A stretch of DNA of 64,000 nt from an archaeon (lineage in GTDB: Archaea > Nanobdellota > Nanobdellia > Woesearchaeales > GW2011-AR9): NCBI GenBank assembly GCA_023259115.1, contig JAHFQW010000001.1:81937-145936 (forward strand), written 5' to 3'. Shown here piece after piece: positions 19,981 to 30,032 of the stretch. Positions within the stretch are counted from its first letter, which is position 1. Every line of letters begins with the position of its first letter. A program made the position numbers and the translations under genes. A model generated the notes under the pieces. The model made no database searches, had not been told where the DNA came from, and saw only the letters and a list, made by a program, of their open reading frames with translations.

Positions 19981-20747
19981 TACTTTTTGTTTATGAGTTG
20001 GTGTATCTGTTTACTTTTTTGAATGATATTTTTTAATACGTCTGGAGTTATATGTTGTTCTTTATCTGATTGAGCTTGACTAAGATAAGGTTCAAGGCTT
20101 ACTTCGATGAGTAATCCATCTGCACCGGCGGCAATACCGGCTAAGGCTAATGGTTCAATGAGTTTTGCGGTTCCTGCGGCGTGTGATGGGTCGATGATGA
20201 TACGATGATGAAATAGGGGGTCAGATTTTAATGCGGCGAGGAAGTTGAGATCAAGGGTTGCTCGACTATATTCTCCATCAGTAAATGTGCGAATACCGCG
20301 TTCGCAGAGAATTATTTCACCCTGATGGCCGTATTCTTTGAGGTAGTTGATGGCACCAAGCACTTCTTGTTTGGTTGCGGCGAAACCTCGTTTGAGGAGG
20401 ATGGGGTTTTTGAGATGGGCTTGGGCGATTTTTTTGAGCAGAGCAGAATTATGCATGTTTCTTGAACCGATTTGAATGATGTCAGCAATAGGTGCGATGA
20501 GGAGGAGATGGTCTGGGTCAAGAATTTCGGTGACGAGTTTGAGATGGTATTTTTTGGCAACTGAGCTGATAATTTTGATGCCGTTATGTTCTATTCCTTG
20601 AAATGAGGAAGGAGAGGTACGTGGTTTGAAGATGTTGGCGCGCAGATGCGTTATGCCTAATTTTTGTAGTGATGAGGCGATGGCATCGAGTTGTGCTGGT
20701 GATTCTACGGCACAGGGACCGGCGATTATGAGGAGGGCTTGGGACAT
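19980..20747 (-). CDS. DAHP synthase type I-beta (DAHP/KDO8P synthase family)
   Basis: IIAGPCAVES, FKPRTSP, QIGSRNM, LKRG, CERGIRTF, DPSH. Confidence 0.9.
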   Translation of the reverse strand: MSQALLIIAGPCAVESPAQLDAIASSLQKLGITHLRANIFKPRTSPSSFQGIEHNGIKIISSVAKKYHLKLVTEILDPDHLLLIAPIADIIQIGSRNMHNSALLKKIAQAHLKNPILLKRGFAATKQEVLGAINYLKEYGHQGEIILCERGIRTFTDGEYSRATLDLNFLAALKSDPLFHHRIIIDPSHAAGTAKLIEPLALAGIAAGADGLLIEVSLEPYLSQAQSDKEQHITPDVLKNIIQKSKQIHQLINKK

Positions 20748-20815
20748 GATTGGGTTTTTGAATTGAAGTTTATCTTTGGGGTAACAAAGCAGCTAACGAG
20801 ATTTTCTTGTTTAAT

Positions 20816-21187
20816 TTATATCTGTAGTTGTGGGACGAACATTTTTGTTTTTGAGGTAATGCTTTTTCCTAATTCATTATAAAATGTGTTTCCTGCTGAG
20901 AGATTTGAACTGAGTTCAAAACCAAGAGGAACAAATACTTTTTCTTGAAGTTCTCGTTCTATTCTCTCGTACGTTCCTAAAGGAGATATATGATAAACCT
21001 GCGCAATGATATACATTCCTACTACCCCGGCTGATCCAAACATATTTTGGCCGTATTCATCTTTATCCGAGGTATGATACGCGGTGTGAATAGTTCTTAA
21101 TGTAGTTGATCTTACGGGATCTTGTAGTATATCCTCTATACAGAAATTAGCGGCTTCTTCTTGAGTTACTTTCTTTAGTTCAGGCAT
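20816..21187 (-). CDS. Hypothetical protein
   Basis: 123-aa ORF with GAGG RBS. Confidence 0.5.
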   Translation of the reverse strand: MPELKKVTQEEAANFCIEDILQDPVRSTTLRTIHTAYHTSDKDEYGQNMFGSAGVVGMYIIAQVYHISPLGTYERIERELQEKVFVPLGFELSSNLSAGNTFYNELGKSITSKTKMFVPQLQI

Positions 21188-21226
21188 ATTTATTCCTCAA
21201 TCCCATTAAATTCAATGTACTAGAAA

Positions 21227-21496
21227 TTATAAATTTGTTACTTCTTTTTGGAATTCTTTTGCTTTCTTTTTTAAGTTAGCTAATGCTTCTTTGATGGCTT
21301 TTCTGGGTTCGATGCTTTTTGTTTCGATATGAAATTGAGGTACGCCTACAAGAGGGTGGCTGATTCTATAGGTGGCGATTTCTATGCCTTTGATTTCTTG
21401 TAGCTCTTGTTTGAGAGCATTACAGAAGGTATGAGTTTCCCCGGGCAGTTCAAATAGGAGCTTATGTTTGTCTTCTTCGATTACTTTGAATTCCAT
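21227..21496 (-). CDS. rpoL: RNA polymerase subunit L (Rpo11)
   Basis: GETHTFCNAL...YRISHPL. Confidence 0.93.
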   Translation of the reverse strand: MEFKVIEEDKHKLLFELPGETHTFCNALKQELQEIKGIEIATYRISHPLVGVPQFHIETKSIEPRKAIKEALANLKKKAKEFQKEVTNL

Positions 21497-21621
21497 TTTA
21501 GGAGATATTTAAGAGGGTATTTATAAATGTTACGTTGCCGTTTGAGAATGTTTTGTATTTGAAAAAAAGAGGTGGCGTTTGTTACTTAAATTTTATAAAG
21601 AGATTATTTTTTTGGTTTCTT

Positions 21622-22575
21622 ATGTTAGAAGAACGCATTTTAAAAGTAGGGTTAGTACAGATGGAGATGGCTGAGCGACGTTATGAAAATATGACATGCG
21701 CGCGTGAGCTTGTGCATGAAGCTGCAGCAAAAGGTGCTGAGATTGTGTGTTTGCCAGAGTTGTTTTCTTTGCGATATTTTGCGCAGGCCGTTGATAGAGA
21801 TTTGTTTGCTTTAGCGGAAAAAGATGTAGATGAGCCAGGTACAATGAGAAGCTTTTTGAAAGAGTTAGCAGCTGATGTAAAGGTAATGCTTGTGGGTGGT
21901 TCTTTTTATGAAGTAGATTCAATAGGTGTAGTAGATAACACTCATTCTTTGGCTGGTGTAGCAGATAAGTCTGATTCTACTTTAGATCATAATTTAAATC
22001 ATTTAAATTTAAAATATTATAACACGTCGCTGGTTGTTGATAGTAGAGGAGAGGTTGTTGGGAAATATCGCAAAATTCATATCCCTCAAGATAAGTATTA
22101 TTATGAGCAGTTTTATTTTAGTTCGGGTAATCTAGGATATGTGCAGGTGCAGCATGAGAAAGCAAAAGTTGCACCACTTATTTGTTATGATCAATGGTTT
22201 GCGGAAGCGGCGAGAGCTAATGTGTTAGTAGGGGCGGAAGTGTTATTTTATCCGACAGCGATTGGATGGTTTAATGAGATGAAGAAAGAGGAGCCGTTTG
22301 CGCAACAGCGGTGGGTTGATGCGATGCGGAGTCATGCGTCGTTGAATGGAGTGTATACAGTGGCGGTGAATCGGGTGTGGGTGGATGGAGAGTTGAATTT
22401 TTGGGGTAGTTCTTTTGTGGCTGATCCGTATGGACAAATTGTTGCTCAATGTTCTGATAATCGGGCTGAGGTTTTAGTTGTGGAGTTAGATATGAATTTG
22501 GTTAGAAAATCACAAGAGAGTTGGGGATTTTTAGGAAATAGAAAACCGCAAACGTATGGCGGGATTGTGAGGTAA
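21622..22575 (+). CDS. aguB: N-carbamoylputrescine amidase (carbon-nitrogen hydrolase)
   Basis: CLPELF, KYRKIHIP, ICYDQWF, YPTAIG; adjacent to agmatine deiminase. Confidence 0.85.
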   Translation: MLEERILKVGLVQMEMAERRYENMTCARELVHEAAAKGAEIVCLPELFSLRYFAQAVDRDLFALAEKDVDEPGTMRSFLKELAADVKVMLVGGSFYEVDSIGVVDNTHSLAGVADKSDSTLDHNLNHLNLKYYNTSLVVDSRGEVVGKYRKIHIPQDKYYYEQFYFSSGNLGYVQVQHEKAKVAPLICYDQWFAEAARANVLVGAEVLFYPTAIGWFNEMKKEEPFAQQRWVDAMRSHASLNGVYTVAVNRVWVDGELNFWGSSFVADPYGQIVAQCSDNRAEVLVVELDMNLVRKSQESWGFLGNRKPQTYGGIVR

Positions 22576-22581
22576 GAAAAA

Positions 22582-23676
22582 ATGATGATATTACGAAAAG
22601 ATTCTGATAATGGATATACTCCAAAACGAGAGGGGTTTCGAATGCCGGCGGAGTGGGAAAGACAGGACGCGATTTGGTTGAGCTGGCCGCATAATACGGA
22701 GTGGTGGGGAGAGGAGATTTCTAGAATGGATGCTATTTATGGGCAGTGGGCAAAGATGTTTTGTGATGATCAAGGGGTGCGTATTCTTGTTCCAAGTAAA
22801 GAGGTTGAGCAGCGAGCAAGGCAGGTTTTAGAGTCAGTTGGTGTTTTAGAGCAGAAGGTGAAGTTTTATCCGATTTCTACTGGTGAGATTTTCATTCGTG
22901 ATTATGGACCAACGTTTGTGGTGCGTGATGCAACTGGTGAGAAGGCGATGGTGTGTTGGGATTTTAATGCGTGGGGTGGGAAATATGAATCATCTCTGAA
23001 TGATGCGTATGTTCCTTATCTTATGAATGAGTATTTACATTTACCTCTTTTTTGTCCAGGGATTGTGATGGAAGGCGGCTCGATTGATGTGAATGGCCGA
23101 GGATGTGTTTTGACAACGGAATCAGTGTTGTTGAATAAGAATAGAAATCCGGAGCTTGGGAAGAGTGAATTGGAGAAGTATTTATGTGACTATTTGAATG
23201 TTGAAAAAGTATTATGGTTGAATCAGGGTTTAGAAGGTGATGATACGGATGGGCATATTGATGATATTGCGCGGTTTGTAAATGCTCGCACGATTTTATG
23301 TGCGTATGAAGAAGATACTACTGATGTAAATTATGCGGCGTTGCATGAAAATTATGAACGGTTAGTTACGATGAGAGATGTGGGGGGGGGCTTATTTGAT
23401 GTGGTGAGAATGCCTATGGCAAAAGTTGTGGCTGAGGAGCATCTGCATACAGGGAATAGTCGCAAGCCGGCGAGTTATTTGAATTTTTATATTGGTAATA
23501 AGATGGTAGCAGTGCCGATTTTTGGGGGAGAACATGATGAGCGGGCACTCGAAATTATTGGGCGTTATTTTCCGGATAGAAGAGTTGCGGGGATTGATTG
23601 TTCAAAGATGGTGCTGGATGGGGGAACGCTGCATTGTGCGAGTCAGCAGGAGCCAGCTTGTGAGAGAAAATTTTAA
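22582..23676 (+). CDS. aguA: Agmatine deiminase
   Basis: MPAEWE, RDYGP, FNAWG, EGGSI, DTDGHID, GGTLHCASQQEP. Confidence 0.92.
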   Translation: MMILRKDSDNGYTPKREGFRMPAEWERQDAIWLSWPHNTEWWGEEISRMDAIYGQWAKMFCDDQGVRILVPSKEVEQRARQVLESVGVLEQKVKFYPISTGEIFIRDYGPTFVVRDATGEKAMVCWDFNAWGGKYESSLNDAYVPYLMNEYLHLPLFCPGIVMEGGSIDVNGRGCVLTTESVLLNKNRNPELGKSELEKYLCDYLNVEKVLWLNQGLEGDDTDGHIDDIARFVNARTILCAYEEDTTDVNYAALHENYERLVTMRDVGGGLFDVVRMPMAKVVAEEHLHTGNSRKPASYLNFYIGNKMVAVPIFGGEHDERALEIIGRYFPDRRVAGIDCSKMVLDGGTLHCASQQEPACERKF

Positions 23677-23738
23677 TTTTGAATATTTTATTTTGATTCT
23701 CTATTCTTTTTTTATTATCTTTTTTTTTATTTAAGTTG

Positions 23739-24650
23739 TTATGCTTTTTGAATTCTGTTCTGAATTTCTGGAGGGAGCTGCATACAGGCTAGATGAATCT
23801 GTGGTGTGTACCATTTTAATTCTCTTGTGTCAAAGCGATTTGTTCGTTCTTGTAATTTTTGTAACGAGGTGTTGAAGGCGTTATAATTTTTAGAAGCGGT
23901 GACAAATGTGAAATACCCTCCGTGATAGGTTGGTACGGCAGTGATAATTCCTTGTACTGCGCCATTTTGGTATATGTTTTTCAATTGGTGGTAGTGTTCT
24001 GCCATTTCTGTTGGTTGATAAAGACTCGAACCGGTTTGACGGATGCTGACTCCGTATATAGTTAAAAGATCGTGAATATTTTGGTAAAATTCATTGCGAA
24101 ATAATGAGAGAGCAACACCCATGGGGTCAGGTGAATCTACTATAATTATATCATATGTTTTTCCTTGGGCGATTTTTTCTTTGACAAATATTGCACCGTC
24201 AGCAATGGTGAGATTGACACGCGGATCGTCAAATGAGCCGTTAGGAATAGAAGGGATATATTGTTTCATGACGTTTATGATGGTGGCGTCGATATCTACA
24301 ACATCTATTTCTTTTAGTGAGGGATATTTTACGGCTTCACGTAATGTTCCGCCATCACAACCTATGAGAAGGGCGGTTTTTGGCGGGATAAAATAGGAAT
24401 TCATAGGGATATGAACTATTGGTTCGTGATAGTAGGCGTTGTCTTTTTCGGTTGTTTGAATTACGTCGTCAATGGTTAATACTCTGCCGTATTGAGGTGT
24501 GTCGAGAACTTTAATTTGCTGTAGGGGCAGACCTTGTTCATCTTGGCTTGTTTGTTCGAATAGAATCTGAGATACTTTGAATGAAAGAGATACGTTTTCA
24601 AATAAGCTTTCTTGAAACCAGATTTCGTTGTCTTTTGTTATTAGTGGCAT
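23739..24650 (-). CDS. speE: Polyamine aminopropyltransferase (spermidine synthase)
   Basis: YHEPIVH, DGGTLRE, DIIIVDSPDP. Confidence 0.92.
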   Translation of the reverse strand: MPLITKDNEIWFQESLFENVSLSFKVSQILFEQTSQDEQGLPLQQIKVLDTPQYGRVLTIDDVIQTTEKDNAYYHEPIVHIPMNSYFIPPKTALLIGCDGGTLREAVKYPSLKEIDVVDIDATIINVMKQYIPSIPNGSFDDPRVNLTIADGAIFVKEKIAQGKTYDIIIVDSPDPMGVALSLFRNEFYQNIHDLLTIYGVSIRQTGSSLYQPTEMAEHYHQLKNIYQNGAVQGIITAVPTYHGGYFTFVTASKNYNAFNTSLQKLQERTNRFDTRELKWYTPQIHLACMQLPPEIQNRIQKA

Positions 24651-24683
24651 GTGTATTTGGTTGCGAGGTTATAGTTTATGAAT

Positions 24684-25883
24684 TTATTGGTTTGCTAATA
24701 TCTCTTTTGGAAGGATGTATACTTTTAAAGGAGGAAAGCCATTGAAACAAATGGAGGAGTACGTTTGGGTATATGCGCCGGTTGTGAGGATAAAGGCTCG
24801 GTCACGGCTTTGTAAATCAAGGGGGAGTTGATATTTGAATTTTTCGTACATGATGTCATAGCTGTCACAGGTGGGACCGGCGAGAAATACTTCTCCTGTT
24901 TTAGGTGGGGGTTGATTGATATAGCGTTCAATAAAAATAGGATATTTAATTGATTCGTCTAGTGTTTCAATTAATCCGCCAAATTTGCCAATGTCTAAGT
25001 ATACCCAGCGATCTGGACTGTAGGGTGATTTTTGAGATACAAGAATTACTTCACTTACGATAACGCCGCTATCTGCGGTAATAGAACGTCCGGGTTCAAT
25101 GATGATTTCGGGGAGTTTGGGGAAGTGTTTTTTGAGATAGGAATGCACACCTTGGGCATATTCTTTTATTGAGGGGGTAGTATGGATATATTGCGCGGGA
25201 AATCCGCCGCCAATATCAATTGCTTCAAGAGGGATACCTTGCTGGGAGGTTTGGTCAAATAGACTTTTACAGATGGTGAGGAAGTGGTCCCACTCAGAAA
25301 TATTACGTTGTTGTGAACCGACATGGAAAGATAGTCCGTAGGGGTGCAACCCTAGGTCTTTTGCTTTGGGTATGAGAGTTGTAATAAGATCGGGATGGGC
25401 ACCAAATTTTTTGGAGAGTGGCCAGTCTGCGAATGAGCCACTGCCCTCAGAGATGATTCGGAAAATTATGTTAGAACCAGGTGCGTGCTGTGCGAGGTGT
25501 TCTAAATCCATTTGCGAGTCGGTGGTGAACAGACGGATGCCTTGTTGGTAGGCGTAGGCGATGTCTTGGGATTTTTTGATGGTGTTGCCAAAGCTCATAT
25601 GCTGGGGTGGGATGGCTTGTTGGAATAATTGATCCATTTCATATTTAGAGGCGATGTCAAAATGGGTTCCATGTTCTTTGAGGAGATTAATGACTTCTTC
25701 TTGAGGGTTTGCTTTCATGGCGTAGTAGATTTTGGCATAGGGGAGAGATTGCTGTAGCTCATTATATTTTTGAGCAATCTTTTCAAGATTAATGAGTAGG
25801 AAAGGGGTTTCTTTGTTTTTTGAGAACTCTTGTATGTGATGTAGTTCGGCGGGGGTTAGGTAGTTATAGATTGTTTTGTCCAT
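24684..25883 (-). CDS. Fold-type III PLP basic amino acid (Orn/Lys/Arg) decarboxylase
   Basis: YYAMKAN, SFHVGSQ, DIGGGF, EPGR, GPTCDSYD. Confidence 0.92.
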   Translation of the reverse strand: MDKTIYNYLTPAELHHIQEFSKNKETPFLLINLEKIAQKYNELQQSLPYAKIYYAMKANPQEEVINLLKEHGTHFDIASKYEMDQLFQQAIPPQHMSFGNTIKKSQDIAYAYQQGIRLFTTDSQMDLEHLAQHAPGSNIIFRIISEGSGSFADWPLSKKFGAHPDLITTLIPKAKDLGLHPYGLSFHVGSQQRNISEWDHFLTICKSLFDQTSQQGIPLEAIDIGGGFPAQYIHTTPSIKEYAQGVHSYLKKHFPKLPEIIIEPGRSITADSGVIVSEVILVSQKSPYSPDRWVYLDIGKFGGLIETLDESIKYPIFIERYINQPPPKTGEVFLAGPTCDSYDIMYEKFKYQLPLDLQSRDRAFILTTGAYTQTYSSICFNGFPPLKVYILPKEILANQ

Positions 25884-25994
25884 CTTCTATTCCTCACTTT
25901 TTTTGGTTGTTATTCCAGAGAGATTTATGTAGTTTATGTTACATCTTTTAAGTAGTTATTTCAGAAAAGTTTATAAATAGAGGGGTAATTCTGT

Positions 25995-26432
25995 TTGTCT
26001 ATGTGTCCTGAGAGAATGTATTCTGAGAAAATATTTCGAACAACGCCAGTTCGTTCATTAGAGGATACTCTTTTTAATGGAAGGCATACGTTTTTAGATC
26101 ATACTCTACATTATGCGCTGCCGTTAATGAATGGGGTGATTATTGGATGTGGATTAGTATCTAACTATAATGCAGCGATAGTAGCAGTTATGGCTGCTGG
26201 TGGAAGTGGCTATGTTCAAGCACGGAATTATATTAATGATTTATCATATGAATTTGGGAATGTTGAATTGTCTGATGTTTTTGAGAATGAATTTCGTGGT
26301 GAATTTCGAGAAGAATGTAGGGTTAGGGCATCGATTGGGGTGTTGCGCGGTGTAGTGGAAGGAAGTGGTCTGGTTGTTTTGGGATTAGGCATAGCGAATT
26401 ATTTTGAATCGGCGTATCATATGGTGAAGTGA
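25995..26432 (+). CDS. Hypothetical membrane protein
   Basis: ORF with hydrophobic stretches; start uncertain. Confidence 0.5.
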   Translation: MSMCPERMYSEKIFRTTPVRSLEDTLFNGRHTFLDHTLHYALPLMNGVIIGCGLVSNYNAAIVAVMAAGGSGYVQARNYINDLSYEFGNVELSDVFENEFRGEFREECRVRASIGVLRGVVEGSGLVVLGLGIANYFESAYHMVK

Positions 26433-26498
26433 AGTTTATTGGATTTCAATTAGAGTTCATTGAGGAAAAGATTTATGAACTTCTCTTAGTTTATTAGA

Positions 26499-28046
26499 TT
26501 GATGAAAAGAGGTAATGTTGAGAAACAAAAAGTACTTTTATTAATTCTGGATGGATTTGGTTATCGAGAGGAGACTCGAGGAAATGCAGTTAAACTGGCT
26601 AAAACGCCGGTGTGGAGTGGTTTGTGGAAAAAGTATCCACATGCATTGCTTGATGCGTCAGGGAAAGCGGTGGGTTTACCTGAGGGATATATGGGCAATT
26701 CTGAAGTGGGTCATTTAACGATTGGGTCAGGTAGAGTTGTAGATACAGATTTTGTGAGAATTGAGAGGGCGATTCGGAGCGGGAAATTCTTTAAAGATAA
26801 AGCATTGCTGGAGGCGATATTGCATGCGAAGAGGAATAAGACAAAATTACATCTGCTAGGGCTTTTGAGTGATTCAGGGGTGCATGCACATATTTCTCAT
26901 TTATTTGCACTGCTTAAGATGGCGAAGATGCATGGACTCAAAGAGGTGTATGTGCATGCGATATTAGATGGACGAGATACACCGCCAAAATCGGCGAAGA
27001 AGTATGTTCAAATGTTACTTGATGAGATGAAGAGGTTGGGAATTGGTACTCTGGCAACGATGATGGGAAGATATTATGCAATGGATCGAGATAATCGATG
27101 GAATCGTGAGCATAGGGCGTATGAATGTATGGTGCAATGTATTGGTCGTCATGCAACAGATCCATTTACAGCGCTTGATTCGGCGTATGCGGTGGGTGAG
27201 ACGGATGAGTTTTTTGAGCCAACAATTTTACTGAATAAATGTATTGTTGAGGAGCATGATTCGGTGATTTTTTTTAATTTCAGATCGGATAGGGCTCGAG
27301 AGTTAACTAAAGCGTTTGTGTTGGGTGAATTTAAGAATTTTAAACGCAAGAAGTTGATTGATTTGAAGTTTGTGACGCTCACACAGTATGATTCACGTGT
27401 GAAAGTTCCTGTAGCGTTTGCACCGGTGGTGCCAGTGATGACGTTAGGTGAGGTTATTTCGAGAGAAGGGTTGAGGCAGTTGCGTATTGCGGAGACGGAG
27501 AAGTGGGCGCATGTGACGTATTTTTTTAATGGGTTGTGCGAGTGTATTTTTCCCCGCGAGCATCGGGTGCATATAGCTAGTTTGAAAGTTGCAAAATATG
27601 ATAAAACACCTGCAATGAGGGCTAAAGGGATTACAGATGTGTTGTTACGCGATCAGAGGGAGTATGATTTTTTTGTTGTGAATTTTGCGAATGCGGATAT
27701 GGTGGGTCATACAGGAAATTTAAAAGCGACTTCTCGATCAATTGAGGTGATTGATAGGCAGTTGGGTCGGATAATTAGGGAGTTTAAAGGAGTAGTTGTG
27801 ATTACGGCGGATCATGGAAATTGTGAAGATATGTTGGGAGAGTGTACTACGTGTCATACGACAGCGAGGGTGCCGTTTATGGTGGTTGGTGGTGGGGAAG
27901 GAAGTGAAGGAAAAAGGAGAGGAAAATGGGGACAGAGAAGATTGATTGAGGTTGGGGCCCTGCAGGATGTGGCGCCAACGGTGTTAGATGTGATGGGTAT
28001 CAAGAAACCTAAAGAGATGAGGGGAAAGAGTTTGTGGGTGATGTGA
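26499..28046 (+). CDS. gpmI: 2,3-bisphosphoglycerate-independent phosphoglycerate mutase
   Basis: ILDGFG, MGNSEVGH, GRYYAMDRD, DMVGHTG, TADHGN. Confidence 0.95.
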   Translation: MMKRGNVEKQKVLLLILDGFGYREETRGNAVKLAKTPVWSGLWKKYPHALLDASGKAVGLPEGYMGNSEVGHLTIGSGRVVDTDFVRIERAIRSGKFFKDKALLEAILHAKRNKTKLHLLGLLSDSGVHAHISHLFALLKMAKMHGLKEVYVHAILDGRDTPPKSAKKYVQMLLDEMKRLGIGTLATMMGRYYAMDRDNRWNREHRAYECMVQCIGRHATDPFTALDSAYAVGETDEFFEPTILLNKCIVEEHDSVIFFNFRSDRARELTKAFVLGEFKNFKRKKLIDLKFVTLTQYDSRVKVPVAFAPVVPVMTLGEVISREGLRQLRIAETEKWAHVTYFFNGLCECIFPREHRVHIASLKVAKYDKTPAMRAKGITDVLLRDQREYDFFVVNFANADMVGHTGNLKATSRSIEVIDRQLGRIIREFKGVVVITADHGNCEDMLGECTTCHTTARVPFMVVGGGEGSEGKRRGKWGQRRLIEVGALQDVAPTVLDVMGIKKPKEMRGKSLWVM

Positions 28047-28049
28047 AGG

Positions 28050-28543
28050 TATAGATAACTGCGCAAGTTATATCACATTTGGCGCAGTTATCTAATACAA
28101 GAAAATAAATAAACGATTTATTTTCCACAAGACAAAACCGCGATTTTGTCTGTGCACAAATAGGATAGTTTTCCTATTTTGTGTGTACAGAAATACGATC
28201 GTTTTCGTATTTCTTGTAAGTAAACTGCGTGCATAATGTAGTGAAATTCGCAAGAAATGGAACAAAATGTTGCGAATTTCAATATATAAATGAGTTTGAA
28301 TAACTATATCCGATTCAATGAAAATGCAAAAACCATTTTCAAGAGTAAAAATCACCTCAAGTGTTCAAATAGGCAAGTGATTTTTACTTGTCAAACTCAT
28401 TTAAGAAGAACTTTGAATTGATAAAATAAAATATTATTCAAAGTTCTCTATAAAAATTGCCTGGAATGTTCGATTTCTAGGGTAATTTACTATATGATAT
28501 TTGCTGTAAATAGGATTTGCTACAAGTAACGCAGTTTACTATA
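28050..28543 (+). mobile_element. 494-bp non-autonomous TA-flanked multi-hairpin element (long TATAG-family member)
   Basis: Ends TATAGATAACTGCG / CGCAGTTTACTATA; roughly a dozen internal stems; no plausible ORF. Confidence 0.7.
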
Positions 28544-28742
28544 ATATTGTTTAAATGTTTTGCGGTTTTCGGGAAGTTTCTTATTGATTACTATCAAGTG
28601 ATTATTTTTAAGAAAGATTTATAAATGCAGCTTATTTTTGAGGGGATATGGTTTCCGCTCAGTTAATGATAGTACAGTTGTATGTGGTGGTAGAAGAATA
28701 TTTAGGACTGGAAAATGAGAATGTTATTGTTACGAGGATATT

Positions 28743-30032
28743 ATGAGTCCAGTTCAAAATTTGAATAATAGAGTATTACTTTTTCCAGATAAAGGTTCGC
28801 TGTTAGTTTGTTCTGATGTACATGGAAATAAAGAAGATTATTTACATATGGTTGGAATTTTTTTAGATCAATTTAGACAAGATAAAGAAACATATCTTTT
28901 ATTTTTAGGTGATTTAGTTCATGGGCCTCAGGTTGCGCAAAGAGAACGATTTACGTATGTTGATGAGTCTGAATTTATTATGGATCATTTTATGGATATG
29001 GTTCAGACATATTCAGGGAATGTATTTACGCTGTTAGGAAATCATGAACATGGTCATGTGGGAGGAGTACATACGGGAAAATTTTGTACAGATGAAGTAC
29101 TTGAATTAGAGAATAAAGTTGGAGTGTCTAAAGCGAGTACCTATAGGGAGTTTATGGGTTCGTTTCCTTTGATTGCTTTAACACAAACAGGAGTAGCTTT
29201 TACACATGGTGCACCATCAGCAACAATTGGTTGTTTAGATGATTTGTTGAATGTGTTATATTCAGGACATGAAAATAAAACTATTAATCAGATGTATGAT
29301 GTTCCTATATTAGATTTATTATGGAAGCGATGTGCAACTGATCAAGAGACGGATGCATTTTTTAGTTCAATACGATTAGAGGGATACGAATCAAGAGTGG
29401 TTATTTATGGCCATGATATTGTGGAGGAAGGCTTTGCAGTGGAAGGAGTGAATAGAGGAATATTATCAACGTCATTTGGTGTTCCCGATGTCAATAAATT
29501 ATATTTAAGATTAGATTTAGGTGCAAGATATGGAACTATTACTGATTTGCAGGATAAAAAGATTTTGTGTCAATTTTGGGAGTTTGAGAAGTGGTATGTG
29601 GAGGATGGGCGTTATCAATTTGCAGAGAAGGCAATAGCGCAAAAGAAATATGATGCAGCGTTATTTTCTTTAGAACATGGTGAAGAGGATTATCAGAGAT
29701 ATTTTTTGTTAGGGAAAACTTGTTTATTAAAGTCAAGTGAAATGCAAGGAAATTTTTTAGATAGAGCACTTACTTATTTTGAACGATCTTTAGATCTTCT
29801 GTCTTCATTTGCGCCAACACATTATATGATGGCACAATGTTATGAGCTTAAAGGTTTACACGTAAAACAGAAAGGGGAAAAAGGGAATGTTCAGAAAAAG
29901 ATTGGATCTGTGGGGGAGATATTTCTTAAAGCATTACAACATTACCGAAGTGCGGAAACAGATGGTTTAGTCTACAATACTCTTGTTGATAGACAGAGAG
30001 TTCAAAAAGAGATGAGGTCTAGGCTATTATGA
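28743..30032 (+). CDS. Calcineurin-like metallophosphoesterase with C-terminal TPR repeats
   Basis: DVHG, GDLVH, GNHE, THG and GHD motifs; TPR-like helices. Confidence 0.85.
   Translation: MSPVQNLNNRVLLFPDKGSLLVCSDVHGNKEDYLHMVGIFLDQFRQDKETYLLFLGDLVHGPQVAQRERFTYVDESEFIMDHFMDMVQTYSGNVFTLLGNHEHGHVGGVHTGKFCTDEVLELENKVGVSKASTYREFMGSFPLIALTQTGVAFTHGAPSATIGCLDDLLNVLYSGHENKTINQMYDVPILDLLWKRCATDQETDAFFSSIRLEGYESRVVIYGHDIVEEGFAVEGVNRGILSTSFGVPDVNKLYLRLDLGARYGTITDLQDKKILCQFWEFEKWYVEDGRYQFAEKAIAQKKYDAALFSLEHGEEDYQRYFLLGKTCLLKSSEMQGNFLDRALTYFERSLDLLSSFAPTHYMMAQCYELKGLHVKQKGEKGNVQKKIGSVGEIFLKALQHYRSAETDGLVYNTLVDRQRVQKEMRSRLL

Noticed and set aside
28092-28355. 87-aa minus-strand ORF as a transposase
   Set aside because: It lies inside the palindromic element, shows no DDE or HUH motif and looks spurious.
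28050-28543. Possible CRISPR array
   Set aside because: It consists of inverted repeats with no regularly spaced direct repeats, and there are no cas genes in the window.
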